Positions 27,150 through 37,814 of a stretch of 64,000 nt of DNA are shown here, in pieces (positions within the stretch are counted from its first letter, which is position 1; each line of letters starts with the position of its first letter). The position numbers and the translations under genes are program-made. This stretch comes from Mytilus edulis (Eukaryota): contig NC_092346.1 of the NCBI RefSeq assembly GCF_963676685.1, forward strand, positions 32,922,001 through 32,986,000, in the 5' to 3' direction. The notes beneath the pieces were generated by a model. That model searched no databases and was not told the DNA's origin. It worked only from the letters and a program-made list of their open reading frames with translations.

Positions 27150-27376
27150 ACTAGCGTAATAAGACGCGACTTCGCAGTCTTTTTTTTTTTAAATGAGATA
27201 CGAGGTCGGGATTGGTTAGTAGTTTTTAGCTTCTCTCGTGGGTTTCCGGTTCCGATGGACTGATGATGAAACGTTATAAATGTAAACAACTCATATTTTC
27301 TGTGCTATCGTATCCTGTAAGATAAAATGCCATTGAAAGCAGTAGTATGCGAGTATAATAGGAGTCCGTGCTAGTT
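27150..27376 (+). promoter_or_regulatory. Probable GCN2 promoter / 5' leader
   Basis: Locally CpG-rich; inverted CCAAT (attgg ~27210) and Ets-like ttccgg (~27245) just upstream of exon 1. Transcription start not determinable. Confidence 0.4.
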
Positions 27377-27381
27377 ATGAA

Positions 27382-27486
27382 ATGGCAGACGACTCTCTTC
27401 TTCAGCGACAAGAAGAGGAATGGCAAGTTTTGCAAGCGGTTTACATGGACGATGTTGTCGATCTTAGAAAGAAGGTCGCATGGAAG
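27382..27486 (+). CDS. EIF2AK4: eIF2-alpha kinase GCN2, coding exon 1 (RWD domain start)
   Basis: MADDSLLQRQEEEWQVLQAVYMDDVVDLRKKVAWK, then GT; fits the RWD N-terminal Q-x-x-E-x-x-x-L-x-A-[IV]-Y pattern. Confidence 0.88.
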
Positions 27487-28249
27487 GTATATAATTTGTA
27501 CACGACATGGGCTATGCATTATAATTCATAAAAGTATTTACTTATTGCAATTTGAAGTAGTTTTACTTAAACACAAGCCTCTCTTGTGTCTGTCTAGGTA
27601 ATATATATATATATCTATGCCGTAAAAGTATTAAAAAACTCCAATAGAAAAATGCATATTAGTTCAAAAAATTATTATTGTAATATCTCTATGACATGAT
27701 TGATAAGTATGTAACTGTGACCTGTTGGTTATTATACAAGGCAATATGTGTCCTCAAGGTATACTCTAAGGTTTATCTTAACGCACAGGCTGCTGTGAAT
27801 GAAATGGCTGACCAGGGTCTGCCAGGCAAATCGTGTTGTCTTCTTTTTCCCGAAACATATACTGGGGAAGAACCATCTATAAATAGGTTACGGAATCCCC
27901 AGATAAGTGTCCAATTTCACCACATTATGCATGATTCAGGATGACCACCAAACTGATTGAGTGAATACAATGTGAAGGATGGTTCATACATGTAATTAAA
28001 AAATTCAGCCAAAATTAGCTATATAAATACCTGAAGGTTGTCATAGATCATGTAACTGCTGGTTGGGTATATGTACATTTTATGATACATGTATCTGAAT
28101 GTATGACGTAAGGAATATACGAATGGGTATTTCAGAGTGAATCATCACAAAAAGATTAAATTTTAACCAAATCAATGTACTGTAACAGCAAGTTCACTTT
28201 TGTTGTCCAGTTTTGAATAAATATATTTATATGTTGTTCTGTATTTTAG

Positions 28250-28374
28250 GTTGAGAGACCTTTGCATATATGTTTGATACTGAAACAGCAGCAGTCAGAA
28301 AGTGTAGCAGGGACGACTGACAGTGATAGCATGATCCATATGGTTATAAAATGTCCAAATAAATATCCTGATTT
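28250..28374 (+). CDS. EIF2AK4: GCN2 exon 2 (RWD)
   Basis: tttag|VERPLHICLILK...MVIKCPNKYPD|gtaagt; contains the RWD YP motif; phase 0-2. Confidence 0.88.
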
Positions 28375-28989
28375 GTAAGTTTAAAAAACAAAATGATACA
28401 GATAAATATATACATTTACATGTATGTATTAGGACTATTAATTAAAACATGCATTTATATGATATAAATGTACCAAGGGGAAGACTTTTTCAAAATAGAG
28501 TGACCACACATACAAGCAATTTATGAGACTTTCACACATTTGATGGTGTACAAAATTATATTTCACACCTATCAATCTTTGTAAATTATAGTTTCCTTTC
28601 ATGAAAACAGCTACAGATGTGACCATACCATCCTTTATACAGCAATGCAAAAAACAAGCTAACCAATTTGTCCAGGAAGTGTCCAGTATTCAAAATCACA
28701 AAAATTAAAACAAGCGTACATTTATGATTTGATTCTGTGGGAATGCAACCCAACAAAGAAATTAAACAATACAAATTAATTTCTTAAATACGAATTAAAT
28801 GACAAAAGTTAGCACAGCAGTTAAGAAAAGTCTTTAGCTCTACAGTTTTTACATTTCTAAAGGTTTGTTAATGATGTTTTTTTTTGTGTTAGAGATTTTT
28901 TCATTTTATTTGTATACAAGGGAGATAATTGTTTGATTAATAAAATATCTTCAAAGATGTTATACTGTATAAGTCTTTTCTTTTTAAAG

Positions 28990-29092
28990 GGTACCAGAAA
29001 TAAGTCTAGAAAATTCCAAAGGACTGTCTAATGAACAAATTGCTGTGTTGAATACAGAACTTATAGAACGTGCCAAATCAATGGTTGGAGAG
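28990..29092 (+). CDS. EIF2AK4: GCN2 exon 3 (RWD)
   Basis: VPEISLENSKGLSNEQIAVLNTELIERAKSMVGE; phase 2-0; GT-AG. Confidence 0.9.
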
Positions 29093-29989
29093 GTAACTTA
29101 TGTGTAATATAGAATAAATTACATTTTGTACAATTATTAAAGCCTGGACATGTGACTGTGCTATTATTGAAATTTTATTAACTGAAGAGATAGAATATTT
29201 TTTAGTTTATACTATACTTATATAGTTAAACATACATTACAAGAAATCTACATTTAACATGATATACATTCTTTAAAAAATTGAAAACAAATATACAAAT
29301 GTAGAGGAGGAGCAAATCAGTACAAAGAGGGATAACTCTGTTTCTTCTCTTTAACTTTTACTTCTTTTACTCTTGTCTTGTCTTGTCTTGATTGATTTTT
29401 TTTATTTAGATGCAGACTTAATACTGTCATAAAGCCTAAACTTCATTTATTATTATCCAGATATGTAGCTTTCATAAATTCATGTTTAGAATTATAATCT
29501 CAGTGAATTATAAAGACTGCACTCTTGGAAAAAATGCAGCACTTTTTTATTAAGTCATGTAAATAGTTGTGACAAAGCCTTTCACATCTGCGTAGGAGAT
29601 CAAATTTTTCTCTTGTTCTTGTCCCTTGTTTTTTTAAATGTCAAATTTACTCAAGGGGATATTTACATGATTTTATCTTATAGCGAAAATAAATCCCATA
29701 TTAAAATATACCACTTTTTAACATAATACATGATTCTTTATTTATTTGTTTTTTTCAAATTAGTATTGTATGACATAGAATTAATGTTAATGTCATGGTA
29801 GCTCTTTTGTATACATACATTTATTGTAGATAAACCACATGGAAATGTTGTTAATTTTCTTATATACTGTAGCTGTTAACCATCAGTTTAAAAAGATTAT
29901 ATGACCAACTGCAACAAATTCAAAACATCTCTTTACAATACTTCATATACATATACAAATGTTTAAAATGTTGCAGAATTTGTTTTTTA

Positions 29990-30520
29990 TAATTTTTTTC
30001 AGGTTATGGTTCTAGAACTAGCTCAACATGTACAGACATTTCTTATTTTATACCCTTTTCAGGTTATGGTTCTAGAACTAGCTCAACATGTACAGACATT
30101 TCTTATTTTATACCCTTTTCAGGTTATGGTTCTAGAACTAGCTCAACATGTACAGACATTTCTTATTTTATACCCTTTTCAGGTTATGGTTCTAGAACTA
30201 GCTCAACATGTACAGACATTTGTTTTTTATACCTTTTTCAGGTTATGGTTTTAGAACTAGCTCAACATGTACAGACATTTGTTTTTTATACCTTTTTCAG
30301 GTTATGGTTCTAGAACTAGCTCAACATGTACAGACATTTCTTATTTTATACCTTTTTCAGGTTATGGTTCTAGAACTAGCTCAACATGTACAGACATTTG
30401 TTTTTTATACCTTTTTCAGGTTATGGTTTTAGAACTAGCTCAACATGTACAGACATTTCTTTTTTATACCTTTTTCAGGTTATGGTTCTAGAACTAGCTC
30501 AACATGTACAGACATTTCTT
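29990..30520 (+). repeat. 59-60-bp tandem of the exon-4 acceptor plus ~41 exon nt, 9 copies
   Basis: tttcag|gttatggttctagaactagctcaacatgtacagacattt; post-AG starts at 30003, 30063, 30123, 30183, 30242, 30301, 30361, 30420, 30479. Confidence 0.95.
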
Positions 30521-30652
30521 CGTGATAACTACAAAGGTCCACAGAAATCTTTTTATGAAGAAATGTTAAGTAACCAATTGAAACAACAGGAAAAACAAAA
30601 ATTAGAACAACAAAAAAGACTTGATTTTCTGAAAAGAAAGGAAGAAAAAGAG
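30479..30652 (+). CDS. EIF2AK4: GCN2 exon 4
   Basis: VMVLELAQHVQTFLRDNYKGPQKSFYEEML...KEEKE; the GE-VM..L...VQ.FL and SF[YH]EEML motifs are typical of GCN2; phase 0-0. Confidence 0.9.
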
Positions 30653-30747
30653 GTATTCAGTGTTTTTGTTTTATTATTTCAGTGATTTGCCTTTGACCTA
30701 AAACCATATTATTTAAAACCATGAAGTTATACTCAAATGAATTAGCA

Positions 30748-30891
30748 CTAGGATTGTCAGTTTTCCTATCAAAAGTCAGTGTTTTTTTCTTGGTACTCTG
30801 GTTTCCTCCACCAATAAGAATTGGCAACCATGAAATAGCCCAAAAAGCGGTGCTTCAAAGTGGCGTTAAAAACACATTAAATCAAAACAAA
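30748..30891 (+). mobile_element. 5'-truncated SINE with 15-bp target duplication
   Basis: tcaaatgaattagca at 30733-30747 and 30892-30906; ggtactctggtttcctccacc core; related copy at ~41040-41198. Confidence 0.7.
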
Positions 30892-32578
30892 TCAAATGAA
30901 TTAGCAATTGAAAAAAAGATTAAGTGACCAATTGCAACAAGTTAAAACATCTATTTACTTTGTATTAAATTGTTTAAAATGATGTTACAAAATTGAGAAC
31001 AACAGAAAAGACTTGATTTTCTGAAAAGAAAAGAAGAAAAAGATGTATTTGATGTTTTTGTTTGATCATAACATTGATTTACCCTTGGCCTTTGACCTTA
31101 CATCATGTATTTCAAACCATGGAGTTATCCTCTTTTTAAAAGAATCAGAAATTAATAATATACCGGTATTCTGGAAAGACAGTGTTATCAAATATCACAA
31201 TGGGATCATGGAAATAGTGATATCACAATGGGATCATGGAAATAGCGATATTTCCCTTAAATCATAGTTGATTTTATTAGATAAATAAAGTATATAAAAT
31301 TCAAGGGAAATAACTCTAGCACAAAACTACAATATTTGCATTGGTGAGATCTTTTCCCCACTGACAGCCTCGATAAGAGTTCCAAATGAACTAATTAATT
31401 ATTATCAAAACTGTAAATAATACTTACCGCTACAGCTTTAACTGTAAGGTACCCTGAAATTGTTAGTATCTATAAGAACAGGGTTTCATATAGATAAGTA
31501 TTATTTTCTTTTATTTCATGTTAGAATAGTATAATTAAATACAATGTTCAATAATAAAATAATGCACTGATCTGAAATTTTTTTAATTAAATACAATGTT
31601 CAATGATACTTATTAACATTGATTTAAAATCCCTAAAAGCATTTTAATTTTTGCAATTTCTTCAACAACTGAGAATTTCATTATGACATTCAAAGAATTT
31701 TTTCAATAGCAACATTGTGCAAATCTTATAATTGTTGGATTGATTTATTTAAGGGTAGGTCTTTTATATCTGTTACTTCTTCTAATTCACTAAATAGATT
31801 TTCTGATATAGTTGCAGAAGAGGTTTTGAATTAGGGAGGGGGGAAGTGGTAACAACTAGCAAGTATCAATTTGCTAAAGATTTAATTTTGATATTTTTTT
31901 ATTTGTGAATTGTGAATATAACAATTGTTTTTATTATCTTTCAATATCTTCTGTTTATCATGAAAACATAAACTTTCTAGAAGTGTTAAAGCAATAAAAT
32001 GGCATTTTCAAATTTGATTAAGAAACACAGATGAATTAATATATTATATGGGTTAACAACTTTTTTAAAACATTTGTTTATTGTAAAATACTGAAGGCTC
32101 TACATTTTTAAAATAAATCAAATGTCTTAATGATGTGTCATATATTTATTGAAAGTAAAATAATGGTACTGTATAAAAATAAGAAGATGTGGTATGATTG
32201 CCAATGAGATAAATATCAAACAGAGTTCAAGTGAAGTGGATGTAAGCCATTATAGGCAACTGTAAGACCTTCAACAATTAGAAAATCATACTGTACAGCA
32301 AGCTATAAAAAGTTTAGAGATGAAAAATTCAATTGAGAAAGTTAACAGCCTAATTTATTTATAAGAAAACAGTTTACAAAAACAAATATTACAGACATGA
32401 ACTAACAACAACCACTAAAATACAAGCTCCTGACATGGGACAGGTGCATAAAGCATGTGACAGGGTTAAAAAGGTTTGATGCACCAAATTCAATGTTAAT
32501 TTTTTCTTTGAATTTAACTTCAGACACACACATGAATTTTATTCATTAACTTATAATCTTGTGCTTTGCCTTTTTCAG

Positions 32579-32659
32579 AGACAACTTCTAGAGGATGAAA
32601 TACAGAAGAGACAACATGCTCTGAAAGAAGAAACAAAGAAAATAAAGGAGACCAAACAG
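32579..32659 (+). CDS. EIF2AK4: GCN2 exon 5
   Basis: tttcag|RQLLEDEIQKRQHALKEETKKIKETKQ|gt; phase 0-0. Confidence 0.85.
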
Positions 32660-33037
32660 GTACAATTCAAATGTTTATACTTTTCTAATATGTCTTTCAT
32701 AGAACTTCCGGGGCCATATTATGTTTTCTAATTTATGAATCTATTTGTTCTTCCTAATCTGTTATCAAAGTACAAATAATATTCACCTGACAAAATTTTC
32801 ATGTTAAATATTATTGAAATATTTGCTGTTGGACATACAGTATAACAGTCATTTAACCATCAATGTGTTTTACTCTTTATATGCTTGACTGCAGAAATGA
32901 ATATCTTGTGAAATAAATAAATACAGCTACCAAATTGTATTTGCATTAGTTTAAAAGTAAGGTACTGAAATAAATCGTTTAGTAGTACAATCGTCTTGAT
33001 ATGATCCATATATTTATCTATTTATTTCTATAATTAG

Positions 33038-33222
33038 ATATCTGATGAGAAACCAACAGAGCCAGAGAAAGCTGTACCAGCTACTCCTATTACTGAAGTA
33101 CCAACATGTTCCCCAATTGGTACACCAAGTACTCCTAGAAGACCAAGAATGTCTCATTCACCCTCGCCATTAATTGTACTGCCAAGTAATGAGAATAAAT
33201 ATAACCAGGATAAGAGAAGAAG
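33038..33222 (+). CDS. EIF2AK4: GCN2 exon 6 (Pro/Ser/Thr-rich linker)
   Basis: ISDEKPTEPEKAVPATP...NQDKRR|gtatgt; phase 0-2, matches exon 7. Confidence 0.8.
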
Positions 33223-34102
33223 GTATGTGGTTGTTATGTTTTTATTTTATGTCCTTTTAAAAAAGCAGTCATGGGAGTTAATCAATAAAATTTGCATCAT
33301 TTTTCTTCCTGTGTACCAGCTTTTAATAGTATAAACCATGTTACCTCAAGTTTCCAAAATATTCTATAGAAACACCAATTAAAAAAATAATGGTGCTTTG
33401 AAACCACAATTTTTTACTGAAATGTCAAATTTAAGGTAATAATTTTTTTCAACCCTTTTACATATGCAACCTGATGTGACATACTTTGATTTGGTGGTAT
33501 TACACCTACATACACATACTTGATCCTATATTATCATATTTCATTTCTTAAATTTTCATTTGGTAGCTATAGACCAAACACACTTCATGGATGCAGATTC
33601 AAATATATTTGTTTAAAATATTCATATTTTTTCTATTTATGACAACTAGACTAGGAAAATATAGCTGCTTCACATACATGACGATGATGTAAGTGTCATG
33701 AACCTGGTGTTCAGAGGTTGTAGTTTGTTGATGTGGTTCATAAGTTTTTCTTGTTTCTAATTTTTAATAATATTCATTATACCTACCAGTGAAAATTGAC
33801 ATTTATTAAATTAGAATATAATTCGTGTTAACTAGTTCTCATCGCAAACATCTAGGTGATCTAGAAATAAAAACATCCCTAGGATGTCCGATCACCTTAC
33901 CTGTGTAATACACCCCACTACAGGTAAATATACAGGTATTCTCATCAGTTTTAATTTTTGCGAGCTAGCGAACAGATGTTCTCGTCGCTGCAAAGTTTTC
34001 AACAAAATTAGAAATTTAGTTTTTTTCTATTGAAGACTTCTTTAGATAACAAAGTTTTAATAATATATCGTTTAAATTGAAAATTTAAATATATTTTTGA
34101 GC

Positions 34103-35752
34103 ATGGAATCCGATCTCGAGGTGCACGAGAATTCGGAGGAGGTAAACAAAGATACGCCATCTTTTTTACCGGCAAGTAAAGATATGTCCAGAACCAAAAC
34201 CACTGGTAAGGCTAAGAAAAAGCCGTCAAAGTCAACTGCATTGCAGCAGGAATATGACAAGAAAATCCAAGGTTTGCAAGACAATTTTGATAGTAAATTT
34301 GATACATTATTTAGCATGATGCAGTCGTTAGCCAATGTTAGAGGGGCAAATAACGAGAGTATAGTTCAGAATAGGGATACGCAAGGTATGCCCAGATCTG
34401 AAACTAATCCAGATTCAAGGGGTCAGAATAGAGAAACACAAGGTTTTCTCAGATCTGACACCCTTAGACCCATCATCCCACTAGTTTCAAATCTAGACGA
34501 GGATTTGGGTTCTCCTAGAATTTCTAGAAATATAGATTTCGACGCAAGGTCGGAAATTTCTATTCATGTAAATCCGATAGAAAGGGATATACTTGGTGAT
34601 ATTCGCTCTGACAATGAGTCAGATAATGAGAGCGAAATTAGATTTGAGCAGTCAACAGGTAGTGTTGCTAGAAAAGGTGAAAGGTTTATGAAACATGTAC
34701 AATTAAAAACTGTTTCAAATGATGTAAACAAAGATGTTGAGTTAAGCTCAGACAATATAACTAGACATAATGTTTTGTCAGAATTGTTTAGTGAGGATAT
34801 TGCCTCAAACAATGATAAAGGTAGTGTTGGGTTGATTATGGATCAGGCACAAGTCACTATTTTGGAAAACTCCTGGCGGTGTCAGCACCCAGAGAAACTT
34901 TCCGCTTATAGAGAGGAATACAGGAGTTGTTTTCCTGTGCATGATAGTGCTGTAGAGTTCTTGCAAGTTCCTAGTCTGGACGACTTGCTAGAACCAATGA
35001 TGAGAAAGAATCATGGGCCAAAGGCAGTAAAGTCATGGGATACTGGCCATAGGCAATTATATACACAGCCTTTAAAACAAATTGAAAAACTTTCATATCA
35101 AGGGCAAATGGCGTCTCGAATGAATGTGATTTCAGGCATGTATATGCAACAGACAATGGGTACTCTGCTTGGGAAGCTTGAAAATTCTCCGTCTTTAGAG
35201 CATGAGGAGAAAGAATCATGTTGTCAAATTGTGAAAGATTTGTTCTCAATGTCAACTAAGTCTTTGGACCAGTCGGGTAGGACTGGTGCATTCTTTCATT
35301 TAGTCAGACGTAAGGCTGCATCACATGAATCAGGTCTTGTGAATTTGTCTGATATAAAAGACAAAACTCAATATTTGCCTCTATCAGGAGAAGGTGTTTT
35401 TGGGAATGGTCTTAAGACATGCCTTGAAAAGCGCAAGGAACAAAAAGATCAATTGAATGATTTATTACCTGAACTAGGTCAGGGTAGGAAGAGAAGGGCA
35501 GATTTTGACAGAGATTGGCAAAATAAAACTCCCAAGTTCAATGTTGAGCATAATATTGTAAATGCCAATAAGACTAGAGGCTCAAATAACAATAGGTTCA
35601 ATGTGCCTAAGACATCAAATAGTGGGAGACAGCCACAAAGAGACAATCAAGGCTATAAGGGTCCTGCAAAAGAGTCAAATAAGGACAAGACCAACAAGGC
35701 TGGTCAGAGTAGCTGGGGGTCTTTTCGGATCCCCAGAAAGAACAACAGTTGA
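34103..35752 (+). CDS. DIRS ORF1, gag-like protein
   Basis: ~549-aa open frame from the first ATG, upstream of pol, basic C-terminus; assigned by position. Confidence 0.8.
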   Translation: MESDLEVHENSEEVNKDTPSFLPASKDMSRTKTTGKAKKKPSKSTALQQEYDKKIQGLQDNFDSKFDTLFSMMQSLANVRGANNESIVQNRDTQGMPRSETNPDSRGQNRETQGFLRSDTLRPIIPLVSNLDEDLGSPRISRNIDFDARSEISIHVNPIERDILGDIRSDNESDNESEIRFEQSTGSVARKGERFMKHVQLKTVSNDVNKDVELSSDNITRHNVLSELFSEDIASNNDKGSVGLIMDQAQVTILENSWRCQHPEKLSAYREEYRSCFPVHDSAVEFLQVPSLDDLLEPMMRKNHGPKAVKSWDTGHRQLYTQPLKQIEKLSYQGQMASRMNVISGMYMQQTMGTLLGKLENSPSLEHEEKESCCQIVKDLFSMSTKSLDQSGRTGAFFHLVRRKAASHESGLVNLSDIKDKTQYLPLSGEGVFGNGLKTCLEKRKEQKDQLNDLLPELGQGRKRRADFDRDWQNKTPKFNVEHNIVNANKTRGSNNNRFNVPKTSNSGRQPQRDNQGYKGPAKESNKDKTNKAGQSSWGSFRIPRKNNS

Positions 35753-37814
35753 CTCAAAGGTAGGCTCATGTTTAATGATGTGTACAGAGATTCCGGTAGG
35801 GGGGCGTCTAAAATATTTTCTTCAAAATTGGAAAATGATAACAACAGATCAGTGGGTACTTTCTATAATAGAGGAAGGTTACAAACTGGAATTTCTTCAA
35901 AGACCTGCATGGACAGGCATCAAGAAAACAATACTATCTCACAAAAACGCAGATATATTTTTGGCAGAAATAAATTCTTTATTAGAAAAAGATGCTATAG
36001 AAAAAGTATTTTTTCCGGAATCTCTCACAGGTTTTTACAGTACACTATTTCTGGTGCCAAAGAAAAACGGGAAAATGAGACCTGTGACAAATTTAAAACC
36101 ATTAAATGCACATCTAAAGAAAGTCCATTTCAAGATGGACACAATGAGCAAAGTCATAAATCTAGTGAAACCAAAAGATTGGGCAATTTCAATAGATCTG
36201 AGCGATGCATATTTCCATGTACCAATTTTTCAGAAACATCGTCCGTACATGAGGTTTTGCATAGCAAATCAATGTTATCAATGGAAAGCAATGTGCTTTG
36301 GCCCAACATGTGCTCCTCGAATTTTTACAAAACTGGTGTCAGTAGTAGCTGCATATCTGAGAACTCAAAATATCAGAATGTCAGTATATTTAGACGATTG
36401 GTTGATAGTCAATCAAAACCAACAGCAATTAGTTCAGGAGCGTCTGAAATGTCTCAATCTGTTGGTTTCACTAGGCTTTATGATAAACATAGACAAATCG
36501 AGCCTAGTTCCAAGTCAAGTGATAACTTACTTAGGGGGAGTTTTTCATTTAGACAAGGGCCTAGTTTATCCAACAATGGAAAGGATAGAAAAATTACAGA
36601 TTTTACTAGAAAAAATGATTTCAGGTCAGAATTTGGCTCTAGATTTTTTGAAAATTTTGGGGATGATGGCATCATGCATCGAATTGATTCCCAATGCTCG
36701 TCTGTTTATGAGACCCATCCAACTTCATTTGTTAAGTTTTTGGAGACCAGTCAGCAAAAATATGTTGGCACATGTTCCATTGACACAACATCTGAAATCC
36801 CATCTTTTATGGTGGAAAAATTCAGCCAACACTCTGAAAGGCCGATATTTGCAATTGCCGAAAATCAATGTGACCATAACGACAGATGCTTCAATGAAAG
36901 GTTATGGGGGTCATATGGGAAAACAGATTTTTCAGGGAGTTTGGAACTCAGAACAGAAACTTTGGCACATAAATTGTTTGGAAATGAAAGCTGTAACTTT
37001 GACAGTTCAGCATTTTCTGAAGATTTTGAAGGGAAAATGTGTTCTGATAAGGAGCGACAACACAAGCGTAGTGCAATACATAAATCGTCAAGGGGGGACG
37101 AAGTCACCAAATTTATGTTACTTGACTTGGGAGCTATGGCAGATAGCAATTCAAAACAACATAGTATTGAAAGCAGCCCATATAATGGGCAAGAAGAATG
37201 TTTTGGCAGATCATTTGAGTCGGGAAAAGGTTTGTCCCACAGAATGGTCTCTGAACAAGTCAATAGTGCAGCAGATTTTTCAGATATGGGGAACTCCTTT
37301 GATAGATTTGTTTGCGTCATGGGAAAATCGCCAGACAGAAATCTTTTGCACTTGGATTCCTCATCCCAATGCTCTGGCCTTGGATGCTCTGACAATTCCT
37401 TGGGAGAACATGTACGCGTATGTGTTTCCCCCAATTTGTCTGATTCCAAGGATATTGCAATATATGAGGCTGTTCCACTGTCAGATTATCTTGATTGCAC
37501 CCCAGTGGCCAAGGAGACACTGGTACACAGAGATTTTACAGTTACTGATAGCATGCCCAATAAGACTACCAGTAATGGACAATTTGTTGTCTCAGTCCAA
37601 AATGAAAATGTTTCATCCAAATCCAGAAATATTAAATCTGACAGCATGGCTTCTTTCGACAGACGTTTTAAAACAGAGGGATTTTCTGAATCAGCAAGAA
37701 CATTGCTCTCAGCTTCATGGCGCGATGGTACAAAAAAGGACTATTCCTCAAAATTCGAAAAGTTTAATAGCTGGTGTGGTGAGAGACAAATTGATCCATA
37801 TTCAGCAAATTTAA
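35562..37814 (+). CDS. DIRS pol: reverse transcriptase, RNase H and DAM-like methyltransferase domain
   Basis: PVGGRL, FYSTLFLVPKK, IDLSDAYFHVPI, YLDD; RNase H TDAS, HINCLE, RSDN, ADHLSR; MT-like IDLFAS...YVFPP. Confidence 0.95.
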   Translation: MPIRLEAQITIGSMCLRHQIVGDSHKETIKAIRVLQKSQIRTRPTRLVRVAGGLFGSPERTTVDSKVGSCLMMCTEIPVGGRLKYFLQNWKMITTDQWVLSIIEEGYKLEFLQRPAWTGIKKTILSHKNADIFLAEINSLLEKDAIEKVFFPESLTGFYSTLFLVPKKNGKMRPVTNLKPLNAHLKKVHFKMDTMSKVINLVKPKDWAISIDLSDAYFHVPIFQKHRPYMRFCIANQCYQWKAMCFGPTCAPRIFTKLVSVVAAYLRTQNIRMSVYLDDWLIVNQNQQQLVQERLKCLNLLVSLGFMINIDKSSLVPSQVITYLGGVFHLDKGLVYPTMERIEKLQILLEKMISGQNLALDFLKILGMMASCIELIPNARLFMRPIQLHLLSFWRPVSKNMLAHVPLTQHLKSHLLWWKNSANTLKGRYLQLPKINVTITTDASMKGYGGHMGKQIFQGVWNSEQKLWHINCLEMKAVTLTVQHFLKILKGKCVLIRSDNTSVVQYINRQGGTKSPNLCYLTWELWQIAIQNNIVLKAAHIMGKKNVLADHLSREKVCPTEWSLNKSIVQQIFQIWGTPLIDLFASWENRQTEIFCTWIPHPNALALDALTIPWENMYAYVFPPICLIPRILQYMRLFHCQIILIAPQWPRRHWYTEILQLLIACPIRLPVMDNLLSQSKMKMFHPNPEILNLTAWLLSTDVLKQRDFLNQQEHCSQLHGAMVQKRTIPQNSKSLIAGVVRDKLIHIQQI

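Noticed and set aside
27696-27944. 82-aa ORF in GCN2 intron 1
   Set aside because: No recognisable domain or convincing splice pair, and exons 1-2 already join in frame.
30006-30491. Repetitive ORFs (VMVLELAQHVQTF...)
   Set aside because: By-products of the acceptor tandem array, not separate genes.
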